24,000 bases of DNA from Candidatus Woesearchaeota archaeon (lineage in GTDB: Archaea; Nanobdellota; Nanobdellia; Pacearchaeales; GW2011-AR1). Positions 15,749 through 24,000 of the stretch are shown here, one piece after another. The notes below the pieces were generated by a model that saw nothing but the letters and a program-made list of their open reading frames with translations, was not told the DNA's origin and did no database searches. A program made the translations under genes and the position numbers. Each line of letters opens with the position of its first letter. The stretch's first letter is position 1. The DNA lies in the NCBI GenBank assembly GCA_964497435.1, contig CAZCCD010000006.1, positions 12,340-36,339 on the forward strand. Direction: 5' to 3'.

Positions 15749-16028
15749 GTTTTATCCATCTCCCGCTTAAAGTTCTATTTATTATTTTCTCGTCGCTTAT
15801 AGGATGTATAGTTATAATTTCTATTTTGTTTTCTTTTATCTCATAAGCAATCATCATATTTCTTACTTTTTGGTTATATTTAAGCTTTTTTATTGCTATC
15901 CATGATCTTTCTACATTATCAAAAAATTTCTGCTCATAATTTTCATAGATTATTTTAGGGTATTTTTTAGGAACTTTTCTTATTTTTAATCTCAAATTAA
16001 GGTGATCTGAATAATATATTTCCTTCAT
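15741..16028 (-). CDS. DUF4258-like small protein (putative toxin partner)
   Basis: 95 aa. The N-terminal YYSDHLNLRLKIRKVP resembles the DUF4258 (Y/F)S.HA..RM..R.I signature. It overlaps the downstream DUF2283 gene by 8 nt. TATA-like AATATATAAG lies about 25 nt upstream. Confidence 0.6.
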   Translation of the reverse strand: MKEIYYSDHLNLRLKIRKVPKKYPKIIYENYEQKFFDNVERSWIAIKKLKYNQKVRNMMIAYEIKENKIEIITIHPISDEKIINRTLSGRWIKHE

Positions 16029-16249
16029 TGCAAAAATAAGGAAATAGAATATATAAGTCTTTATAGCATTGTTTGAATAGAAATTTGTCTTTCTTTATGT
16101 TATTAAGATAGGTTCATCATTTTTTATAAAAATCGCTGTTTTTTCAAAAGAACTTTTTTAACAGAAAGATTTTTAAACCAACTTTTTGTTTCTTTTATTA
16201 TCCTATAGTTGTTAAAGTTACTTGTAAATAGCTCTCAAAACCCTCTAAC

Positions 16250-16459
16250 ATGACTCACATTTTGCAACCAAAACACACAAAACTTTCTGAAAAAGAAACT
16301 GAAGAAGTGCTCAAGAAATTTAATGTTTCTAAAGCACAATTGCCAAAAATACTTTCTAATGATGCTACTCTGCCTCAAAATTGCAATACAGGAGACATAA
16401 TCAAAATTGAGAGAAAATCCGGAGAAAATATTGTTTTTTATTACAGGGTTGTTGTGTGA
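16250..16459 (+). CDS. rpoH: DNA-directed RNA polymerase subunit H (Rpb5 C-terminal domain homologue)
   Basis: HILQPKHTKLSEKETEEVLKKFNVSKAQLPKILSNDA...GDIIKIERKS...YYRVVV matches the archaeal RpoH pattern (H.LVPKH.iLs.eE...LL.ky.i...qLPkI...DP...GdvvkI.R.S...YYR.Vv). Confidence 0.88.
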   Translation: MTHILQPKHTKLSEKETEEVLKKFNVSKAQLPKILSNDATLPQNCNTGDIIKIERKSGENIVFYYRVVV

Positions 16460-16640
16460 TTATGGGAATAAAAAGAATAATTGATAAAGAAAATAAAAAT
16501 ATGGATATGAAATATAGTGAAGAGCTAAATGAAATAATAAGTATAAAATTATAATGATAAGTTAAGGTAATTAGTTAAATGTATTGTGTTAAAGTTTATA
16601 ATACAATATTATTATAATAACAGATTTTTAAACTCAAAAA

Positions 16641-19600
16641 ATGGTAAAAGACAGCAAACATTTAGTTGTGAAAAAATATCTTGAAAAACACTCTTTGGTA
16701 GAGAGTAATATTGTTTCTTTTAATAATTTCATAACCTATCGAATGCAGGAAATTGTTGACGAAATTGCCGAAACAATACAGGGTGATGATTTTGAGATTA
16801 AATTAGGGAAGATTGAAATTGGAAAACCAAAAATAATAGAGGCTGACGGCTCATCGAGTTTAATAATGCCTTCTGAAGCAAGGCTTAGAAATCTAACTTA
16901 CGCTTCTCCTATATTTTTAGAGATAACTGTAAAAAAAGACGGGCATATTGATTCAGAAATTGTTGAAATAGGAAAAATGCCTGTCATGGTAAGGAGTAAA
17001 ATATGCAACACCCATGGTTTATCACAAGAAGAGCTGATAAATAATTACATGGACCCATTAGATCCTGGAGGATACTTCATAATAAAAGGAAATGAAAGAG
17101 TAATGGTAATGGCAGAAGACCTTGCAGAAAACCAGCCATTTGTTGAACCTGATTCTAGAGGAAATTTAACATTGAAATTATTCTCGTCAAAAGGAACTTA
17201 TAGAATACCAACAACAATACACGAAAACAAAAAAGGAATTTTTGAGGTTGGTTTTGGAAAATTTAAAGAAATTCCGGCAATAATAGTCTTAAAGGCATTA
17301 GGGATGATACAAGAATCAGAAATTGCTAAATATATAGGTAAGGAAACAGACTCTGTAATAGTAAATCTGTATGAATTTGTAAATATAGCAAATAAAGAAG
17401 ATGCGATGATGCAGATAGCTGAAAAAACAAATCTTCAAGGCACAAAAAAAGAAATATTAGATAGAGTAAAACAAAGAATTGATTCGTATTTATTTCCTCA
17501 TATAGGCCAAAAAAAAGAGGACAGAACAAAAAAAGCCATAACCCTATGCAAGCTTATAAAACAATTCCTTATCTCAAAGGAAAATCCTGAACTTAGAACA
17601 GACAAAGATCATTATGCGAACAAAAGAGTGAGACTTTCTGGAGATCTTTTGGCTACCTTGTTTAGGGTTAACCTAGGAATTCTTATAAGAGACATACAAT
17701 ACTCTCTCCAAAAATCATCAAAAAGAAAAAAATTCTTCTCCATAAAAATAATTGCAAAATCAACTTTGTTTTCTCATAGAGTTGAGTCGGCAATAGCAAC
17801 AGGAAGCTGGACAGGAGAAAGATCTGGAATAACTCAAAACATGGACAAAACAAATTATCTCGCTACAATCTCGCAATTACAAAGAGTTTCGAGCATGCTT
17901 TCCAGTGAGCAGGAAAATTTTATGGCAAGAACACTTCATCCGACTCATTATGGAAGATTTTGTCCTATAGAAACGCCAGAAGGAACAGAAATTGGATTAA
18001 GAAAAAACCTAGCAATTTTAAGCAGGGTCTCCACAAGAATAGAATTAGATGAAGAAAAATTCCTTAAAGATTTACAAGCAATTGGAATAAAAATAGAAAG
18101 TGAATCAAAAAGTGGCGAAATAGACGTGTTCCTTAATGGAAAGTTTATAGGAAGTGTTGAAAATCCACGAGAATTTATTGCAATGATTAGGGAAAAAAGA
18201 AGGAGCAATAAACTTCCTCCGCAGTTAAATGTAAGAGACAATGAAAAGTTTCAGACTGTTCTCATCTCAACAGAACCAGGAAGAGTTTTAAGACCTTTAA
18301 TAATTGTTGATAACTGCTCTCCGAGATTGAAAAACGAGCACTTAATACAACTAGAACAGAACGAGATTGATTGGGAGTATTTAGTAGAAAAAGGAATAAT
18401 AGAATATCTCGACGCATCAGAGGAAGAAAATGCATTAGTGGCTCTTTATGAAGAGGAGTTAACTCCAGAGCACACACATATAGAAATAGATCCTATTGAT
18501 TTATTTGGAGTCGTTACTAGTTTGGTTCCTTATGCAAACCACGATCAAAGTTCTAGATTGAACAGAGGAAGCAAAACACAAAAACAATCTCTTGGAATTT
18601 ATGCTGCAAATTATTTATGTAGAATTGACACAGACGTCTCTATTTTACAATATCCTCAAAAGCCAATAGTAAAAAGTTTTGTTTATGACACTTTAAAAAC
18701 ATATCCTGCAGGACAAAACCTTATTGTTGCTATAATGACTTATGAAGGATATAATATGGAAGATGCTCTTGTATTAAACAAAGGAAGTTTAGATAGGGGG
18801 GTTGGAAGAAGTTTCTATTACAGGCCTTACTCTGGAGAAGAAATGCATTACGCTGGCGGATTAAAAGATGAAATTGTAATTCCTGAGAAAGATGCAGCAG
18901 GATATAAAACAGAGAGTAGTTACAGATCCTTGGAGAAGGATGGAATAACCTATCCTGAAGCCGAAATAAATGAAGGAGAAGTATTAATAGGAAAGGTTTC
19001 TCCTCCAAAATTCCTTTCAGAGGCAAGAGAAATTTCTGTTAAAACAAAGAAAGAATCAAGCATAACTATGAGGCAGGAAGAAAAAGGAATTGTAGAATCT
19101 GTTTTTGTAACAGAAGACAATGAAGGAAATAAAATAGTTCATGTTAAAACAAGAGATGAGAGAATACCAGAGCTTGGCGATAAATTCGCAACATCTCATG
19201 GTCAAAAAGGAGTTGTTGGTTTAATAGCTCCTGAAGAAGATATTCCTTTCACTGCAAGAGGCATGAAACCAGACGTAATTTTCAATCCTCATGGATTGCC
19301 GTCTAGAATGACGGTGGGCTATCTATTAGAGTTAATCGCAGGAAAAGTCGGATCTTTAAGAGGAGAAGTCATTGATGGAACATGTTTTAGTGGAGAGGGT
19401 AAAAAAGAGTTAGAAGAGCAACTTGAAGCCCTAGGTTTTAGATATGACGGAAAAGAGACAATGTACAACGGAATAACAGGAAAGAAATTTGAGACTAAAA
19501 TATTTGTTGGAAATCTTTATTACTTAAAACTAAAATATATGGTTGCGAATAAGTTGCACGGAAGGGCTTCTGGAAAAGTCGCGCTTTTGACTAGACAGCC

Positions 19601-19907
19601 TATAGAGGGAAGGGCCAAGGGCGGAGCTTTGAAGCTTGGGGAAATGGAACAACAAGTTCTTGTCGCGCATGGTGCATCTCTTTTGCTTAAAGAAAGATAT
19701 AGCTCTGATAAAGTCCTTCTTCCAATATGCACAAAATGCGGCTCTATAGGAATTGACGACAACATAAAGAAAAGAGTGATATGTCCTTCTTGTAACAGCG
19801 AAAAAATAGAATTTGTAGAAGTTTCATATGCATTCAAACTTTTGCTTGAAGAACTTCAAGGCCTACATATTCACACTTCATTTGAATTAAAAAATAAATA
19901 TGAATAA
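16641..19907 (+). CDS. rpoB: DNA-directed RNA polymerase subunit B, unsplit (B''+B' in one chain)
   Basis: 1088 aa with the colinear Rpb2-type motifs GYFIIKGNERV, HPTHYGRFCPIETPEG, YEGYNMEDA, GDKFATSHGQKGVVG, NPHGLPSRMTVG and GEMEQQVLVAHGA. A C-terminal zinc ribbon reads CTKCG...CPSC. Confidence 0.95.
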   Translation: MVKDSKHLVVKKYLEKHSLVESNIVSFNNFITYRMQEIVDEIAETIQGDDFEIKLGKIEIGKPKIIEADGSSSLIMPSEARLRNLTYASPIFLEITVKKDGHIDSEIVEIGKMPVMVRSKICNTHGLSQEELINNYMDPLDPGGYFIIKGNERVMVMAEDLAENQPFVEPDSRGNLTLKLFSSKGTYRIPTTIHENKKGIFEVGFGKFKEIPAIIVLKALGMIQESEIAKYIGKETDSVIVNLYEFVNIANKEDAMMQIAEKTNLQGTKKEILDRVKQRIDSYLFPHIGQKKEDRTKKAITLCKLIKQFLISKENPELRTDKDHYANKRVRLSGDLLATLFRVNLGILIRDIQYSLQKSSKRKKFFSIKIIAKSTLFSHRVESAIATGSWTGERSGITQNMDKTNYLATISQLQRVSSMLSSEQENFMARTLHPTHYGRFCPIETPEGTEIGLRKNLAILSRVSTRIELDEEKFLKDLQAIGIKIESESKSGEIDVFLNGKFIGSVENPREFIAMIREKRRSNKLPPQLNVRDNEKFQTVLISTEPGRVLRPLIIVDNCSPRLKNEHLIQLEQNEIDWEYLVEKGIIEYLDASEEENALVALYEEELTPEHTHIEIDPIDLFGVVTSLVPYANHDQSSRLNRGSKTQKQSLGIYAANYLCRIDTDVSILQYPQKPIVKSFVYDTLKTYPAGQNLIVAIMTYEGYNMEDALVLNKGSLDRGVGRSFYYRPYSGEEMHYAGGLKDEIVIPEKDAAGYKTESSYRSLEKDGITYPEAEINEGEVLIGKVSPPKFLSEAREISVKTKKESSITMRQEEKGIVESVFVTEDNEGNKIVHVKTRDERIPELGDKFATSHGQKGVVGLIAPEEDIPFTARGMKPDVIFNPHGLPSRMTVGYLLELIAGKVGSLRGEVIDGTCFSGEGKKELEEQLEALGFRYDGKETMYNGITGKKFETKIFVGNLYYLKLKYMVANKLHGRASGKVALLTRQPIEGRAKGGALKLGEMEQQVLVAHGASLLLKERYSSDKVLLPICTKCGSIGIDDNIKKRVICPSCNSEKIEFVEVSYAFKLLLEELQGLHIHTSFELKNKYE

Positions 19908-20175
19908 TATACGGAGAAAAACACCCCATAACAAGATGAAGAAAAAAAATGTGTTTAACATTTTATTTTGGATTTTATTAGCTATTGGTATAGGATTATT
20001 AATTTGGAAAATATTTGGAAACACTCCTAGCGATTTAACTATAATGCTAACTTTTACTTTAATGTTAATGTTTAAGATTTGGTCAGTTAGTGATGATTTA
20101 AAAGATTTCAAGCATAACGTTAAAATTTCATTTAATAATATGAGGAATGATTTTAATAAAGTAAAAATTCATTAA
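19900..20175 (+). CDS. Hypothetical small membrane protein (91 aa, two predicted TM helices) between rpoB and rpoA
   Basis: Its ATG overlaps the rpoB stop (tATGAATAA). Hydrophobic segments are VFNILFWILLAIGIGLLIWKIF and LTIMLTFTLMLMFKIWSV. It fills almost the whole 283-nt rpoB-rpoA gap. An alternative start is at M13. Confidence 0.5.
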   Translation: MNNIRRKTPHNKMKKKNVFNILFWILLAIGIGLLIWKIFGNTPSDLTIMLTFTLMLMFKIWSVSDDLKDFKHNVKISFNNMRNDFNKVKIH

Positions 20176-20190
20176 CTAAGAAAAAATAAA

Positions 20191-23100
20191 ATGCAAAGCA
20201 ATCACAATTTAATTAAGAAAAAAATAGGAGAAATAAGGTTTTCTTTAGTAAGCCCAGAAAAGATAAAAAAACTTTCAGCGGCAAAAATTGTCACACCAGA
20301 GCTTTATGATATAGATGGATATCCTGTTGATGGAGGATTAATGGATTTAAGACTCGGTGCAATAGACCCTGGAGTAAGATGCAGAACATGCGGAGGAAGA
20401 TTAAAAGAATGTCTCGGACATTCTGGAAGTATAGATCTTGCAAGGCCGGTGATTCATTTAAACTATGTCCCTCTTATAGAGCTTGGATTGAGATGTTTCT
20501 GTCATTCATGCGGAAAACTAATGCTTGATGAAATTGATCTAAAAAAACACTCTCCAAGCCAAAGAGCCAAAAAAGCAAAAGACGCTAAAAGATGCCCTTA
20601 TTGTAATTCGGCAAATGAAAAAATTAAACTTGATAAACCAACTAGTTTCTACAAAGGAAAGACAAGAATATTCCCGACAGAGATTAGAGAAATCCTATCT
20701 TTAATACCTAACGAAGAATTGAAAAAAATTGGAGTAGATTCCTCAACATGCAGGCCAGAGTGGGCTGTCCTTACCTCTCTTTTAGTTCCTCCTGTAACTG
20801 TAAGACCAAGCATAATTCTTGAAACAGGAGAAAGAAGCGAAGATGATTTAACTCATAAATTATCTGATATAATTAGGGCAAATCAAAGGCTGTGGGAGAA
20901 TTTAAATGCAGGGGCTCCTGAAGTAATTATTGAGGATTTGTGGGACCTTCTACAGTATCATATAACGACTTTCTTTAATAATAATGTTGCCAGGATTCCT
21001 CCAGCAAGACATAGGTCAGGCCAGCCTTTAAAGACAATATCAGAAAGAATAAAAGGTAAAGAAGGAAGAATAAGAAAAAACCTTGCAGGTAAAAGAGTGA
21101 ATTATTCTGGCAGGACAGTTGTTTCCCCTGACCCATCTATAGAAATTAATGAAGTAGGAGTCCCTTATGAAATTGCAAGAGTCGTAACTGTTGCAGAAAC
21201 TGTAACAGACCTTAATATTGAAAGGCTCAAATCTTTAGTTATGAAAGGAGAGGAATATCCGGGGGCAAATTATGTAATAAGGCCTGATGGTAAAAGAAAA
21301 AAAATAACTCCTGAATTAAAAGACGAAATAATAAGTGAACTAAATACAGGATATCAAGTTGAAAGGCATCTTCAGAATGGAGATATTGTTTTATTTAACA
21401 GGCATCCAAGCCTTCATAAAGGAAGCTTAATGGCTCATTATGTTAAAGTCTTACCTGGAAGAACTTTTAGGCTTCATCCAGCTGTTGCTGCTCCGTATAA
21501 TGCTGATTTTGATGGTGATGAGATGAATATACACAGTCCGCAGAATGAAGAAGCAAGGGCAGAGGCAAAAGTTCTTTTGGATGTAAAGAAAAATTTAATC
21601 TCGCAAAAAAATAGCACGAACCAGGTAGGATGTGTTGTTGATTCAATTACAGGAGGGTATCTTCTTGGTCTAGACAAATTATCAAGAGAAGATGCAAACC
21701 AACTTATATACCAATCAAAAATAGAGGGTTTGTTTTCAAAAAAAACAGTTACTGGCCTTGAAGTATATTCAAAAATCCTCCCTAAACTTAATTTCAAGAA
21801 CAATTCAATATCAATTAAAGATGGAGAAATAGTTAAGGGAATTGTAGATAAAACACTCTTTGGAGAGGAAGATGGAGAATTAATAAGCGAAATTGATAAA
21901 ATAATAGGGAGAGTTGAAGCATTTGATGCGATAACCAAAGCATTTAACATTGGAAAAAATTATCTAAGCAACAAAGGAATTACAATATCTCTTGAAGACT
22001 TTAGCGTTGATGAAAAAATTATCTCTGAATCAGAAGATATAATAAAAAAGGCCGATAAAAAAACGCAGGAGATAATTGACTCTTGGAGAGACAACACTTT
22101 AGAGATTATACCTGGAAAAAGCGTAGAAGAATCAAGAGAAATAAAAATACTAAAAACTTTAAATGAAGTAAGGACGAGAATCGGTGAAATAGTAAAGAAA
22201 GAATTTCCTGAGGAAAATCCTGTAACACATATGATAAGATCAGGAGGAGGAGGAAATATATTAAATATAACTCAAATGGCTTGTTGTGTTGGTCAGCAAG
22301 ATCTTGAGGCTAAGAGAATCGATATTGGGTATACAGAAAGAACATTATCCTTCTTTAAAAAAGGAGATTTGTCTCCAAAATCCAGAGGATTCATTATAAG
22401 CCCTTTCATAAAAGGCTTAAGGCCTGATGAATTTTTCTTCGGAGCAATAACAGGAAGATCTACACTTATGGACACTGCCCTAAGAACACCAAAATCAGGA
22501 TACTTATATAGAAGACTCGCAAACGCTTTACAAGACTTAAGGTTAGAATATGATGAAACAGTAAGAGATAGTAATAATAATATAATACAATTTTTATATG
22601 GAGAAGATGGAATAGATGTCTCTAAATCCTATCAAAATGGGAAATTAGAACCTGGTGAAGCCATAGGAATAGTTACTGCTCAGTCATTTGGAGAACCATC
22701 AACTCAAATGGTATTAAGAACATTCCACTTTGCAGGAGTTTCTGAAATGCAGGTAACTCAGGGCTTGCCTAGGTTAATTGAAATATTTGATGCAAGAAAA
22801 AAACCTTCATCACCAAAAATGGAAATTTACCTTCAAAAAGAATATAATAATGAGAAAGATGTAAAAACATTTGCAGAGAAAATAAAAGAGGTCACAATAA
22901 GAGACATTGCCTCAGAAATTAATCTTAATTTTACTGATAAAAATATAGAAATCAAAATTGATAAGACTGGAATAAAACATAGCCATATAACAACCAAAAC
23001 TGTCGTCGAAAAATTAAAGGAGCTTGGTTTTAAAACAAGGGATAAAGATGGCTCAATAATAATCAATTCTAATGAAGAAAGTTTCAAGGAAATGTATCAA

Positions 23101-23688
23101 TTGAAAGAAAAGCTTAAAGATACCACAATTTCTGGAATTAAAGGAATAAAACAGATTTTAATTGTCAAAAAAGACAACATTTTTGTTATAATCACACTTG
23201 GAACTAATTTGAAGAAAATTCTTGAATTAAAAGAGGTTAATACAAATAGAACAATTTCAAATGATTTGCATGAGGTTGCAGAGGTTTTTGGTATAGAGGC
23301 TGCAAGGCAGTTAATAATTGACGAAATTAAAGAAGTTATAAAACCACAAGGACTTGATATAGATGACAGGCATCTTAAACTAGTTGCAGATGCCATGACA
23401 AATACAGGAGATGTAAAAGGAGTTACAAGAATAGGAATAATCGCACAAAAATCTTCTATACTTGCAAGAGCGACTTTTGAAACTCCTGTCAAACAGTTTG
23501 TCAATGCAACAATAAAAGGAAGCAAAGATAAACTTACAAGTGTTATAGAGAACATAATTCTAAATCAACCTGTGCCGATTGGGACGGGTCTCCCCGGATT
23601 ATTAGTCAAGGTCATAGGGCCTTTGAGCAAAAAAGATGAAGAAAAAAAGACGGCCAAAGAAAAAGTAATCGAAGCAGTTAGTAAATAA
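20191..23688 (+). CDS. rpoA: DNA-directed RNA polymerase largest subunit, A' and A'' portions encoded as one continuous 1165-aa ORF
   Basis: N-terminal zinc motifs (CRTCGG...C.GH, CHSCG...CPYC) and catalytic NADFDGDEMN are present. The bridge-helix region ALRTPKSGYLYRRLANALQDL follows. Without any stop it runs into the A''-type trigger-loop segment EPGEAIGIVTAQSFGEPSTQMVLRTFHFAGV. Confidence 0.95.
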   Translation: MQSNHNLIKKKIGEIRFSLVSPEKIKKLSAAKIVTPELYDIDGYPVDGGLMDLRLGAIDPGVRCRTCGGRLKECLGHSGSIDLARPVIHLNYVPLIELGLRCFCHSCGKLMLDEIDLKKHSPSQRAKKAKDAKRCPYCNSANEKIKLDKPTSFYKGKTRIFPTEIREILSLIPNEELKKIGVDSSTCRPEWAVLTSLLVPPVTVRPSIILETGERSEDDLTHKLSDIIRANQRLWENLNAGAPEVIIEDLWDLLQYHITTFFNNNVARIPPARHRSGQPLKTISERIKGKEGRIRKNLAGKRVNYSGRTVVSPDPSIEINEVGVPYEIARVVTVAETVTDLNIERLKSLVMKGEEYPGANYVIRPDGKRKKITPELKDEIISELNTGYQVERHLQNGDIVLFNRHPSLHKGSLMAHYVKVLPGRTFRLHPAVAAPYNADFDGDEMNIHSPQNEEARAEAKVLLDVKKNLISQKNSTNQVGCVVDSITGGYLLGLDKLSREDANQLIYQSKIEGLFSKKTVTGLEVYSKILPKLNFKNNSISIKDGEIVKGIVDKTLFGEEDGELISEIDKIIGRVEAFDAITKAFNIGKNYLSNKGITISLEDFSVDEKIISESEDIIKKADKKTQEIIDSWRDNTLEIIPGKSVEESREIKILKTLNEVRTRIGEIVKKEFPEENPVTHMIRSGGGGNILNITQMACCVGQQDLEAKRIDIGYTERTLSFFKKGDLSPKSRGFIISPFIKGLRPDEFFFGAITGRSTLMDTALRTPKSGYLYRRLANALQDLRLEYDETVRDSNNNIIQFLYGEDGIDVSKSYQNGKLEPGEAIGIVTAQSFGEPSTQMVLRTFHFAGVSEMQVTQGLPRLIEIFDARKKPSSPKMEIYLQKEYNNEKDVKTFAEKIKEVTIRDIASEINLNFTDKNIEIKIDKTGIKHSHITTKTVVEKLKELGFKTRDKDGSIIINSNEESFKEMYQLKEKLKDTTISGIKGIKQILIVKKDNIFVIITLGTNLKKILELKEVNTNRTISNDLHEVAEVFGIEAARQLIIDEIKEVIKPQGLDIDDRHLKLVADAMTNTGDVKGVTRIGIIAQKSSILARATFETPVKQFVNATIKGSKDKLTSVIENIILNQPVPIGTGLPGLLVKVIGPLSKKDEEKKTAKEKVIEAVSK

Positions 23689-23973
23689 TTAGTAAAATTC
23701 GGCTTTCTTGCAAAAAACACATCTGTAAACTTCACCAAGGATTTTTTCAACTCCTAGGAACATTCCTCCTTCAAACTCTAAGCTCAAACAATCGCAATTA
23801 GTGCAAATATATTTTCCATGGGAAGTTCTTGGCCTTTCTTCATTTAATTGTTGATTAACTTGTTTTATTTGTTGTTCATACTGTTGTATTTGAGATAATA
23901 ATTCTAATTTTCTTACTTTCCATTGACTAGGTACATCTTCACCAGAAACATTTTTATCAATAGCTTTAGACAT
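23689..23973 (-). CDS. Hypothetical coiled-coil / zinc-ribbon protein (about 94 aa)
   Basis: CTNCDC...CVFC forms a CxxC...CxxC pair, preceded by a Gln-rich heptad-like segment. I prefer the start at 23973 (MSKAIDKN) over 23991, because the TATA-like ATATTTAAA lies about 23 nt upstream of it. The stop codon abuts the rpoA stop with no spacer. Confidence 0.6.
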   Translation of the reverse strand: MSKAIDKNVSGEDVPSQWKVRKLELLSQIQQYEQQIKQVNQQLNEERPRTSHGKYICTNCDCLSLEFEGGMFLGVEKILGEVYRCVFCKKAEFY

Positions 23974-24000
23974 AATAAAGATAATTAACAAATATTTAAA

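Noticed and set aside
16463-16555. A 30-codon ORF between rpoH and rpoB.
   Set aside because: It is too short and low-complexity (Lys/Ile/Asn-rich) to call as a gene without conservation evidence. It is mentioned only within the spacer finding.
17326-19837. Minus-strand ORFs within rpoB (17326-17529, 17948-18241, 18262-18477, 18730-19026, 19520-19837), and the 19887-20111 ORF antisense to the small membrane ORF.
   Set aside because: These are antisense shadows of a confidently called gene, with no motifs and no plausible promoters.
21474-21950. A 158-aa minus-strand ORF inside rpoA. Similar antisense ORFs occur at 22293-22475, 22833-23087, 23097-23555 and 23565-23750.
   Set aside because: They lie entirely antisense to a strongly supported, motif-rich RNAP gene. 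The sequences are low-complexity and Ser/Ile/Leu/Phe-rich, as expected from the reverse complement of AT-rich coding DNA.
1-24000. CRISPR arrays, rRNA genes, transposons or prophage blocks.
   Set aside because: I saw no regularly spaced direct repeats, rRNA-like conserved stretches, terminal inverted repeats, or integrase/transposase-like ORFs on either strand.

Overview
AT-rich (about one-third GC by eye), gene-dense window with archaeal hallmarks: an rpoH-rpoB-rpoA RNA polymerase cluster, an intron-containing tRNA, and TATA-like boxes about 25 nt upstream of many start codons. The low GC, compact genes and dockerin-bearing secreted protein suggest a DPANN-like archaeon, but that is inference only. 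Left to right: a secreted M64-like metallopeptidase with dockerin repeats (5' truncated), pterin-4a-carbinolamine dehydratase, and an LMW-phosphatase/ArsC-like protein. Next come a membrane-tethered ArsR-type HTH/beta-propeller protein divergent from an HExxH membrane protein. A co-directional deoxynucleotide/thymidylate cluster follows (nrdR, class II RNR nrdJ, long-form dcd, a dUTPase-fold protein, thyA, folA, thioredoxin). After it lie tRNA-Lys(UUU) with a 106-nt structured intron and a GC-rich leader, a hotdog thioesterase, two orphan minus-strand ORFs and a DUF4258/DUF2283 toxin-antitoxin-like pair. The RNAP cluster has an unsplit rpoB, a small membrane ORF wedged in, and an unsplit A'/A'' largest subunit. 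No CRISPR array, rRNA, transposase or integrase was seen. I found no clearly novel multi-gene system. The best leads are the NrdR-headed dNTP cluster with its candidate operator, the tRNA locus, the fused rpoA, and the HTH-propeller/HExxH pair. All calls come from reading motifs by eye; no searches were run.
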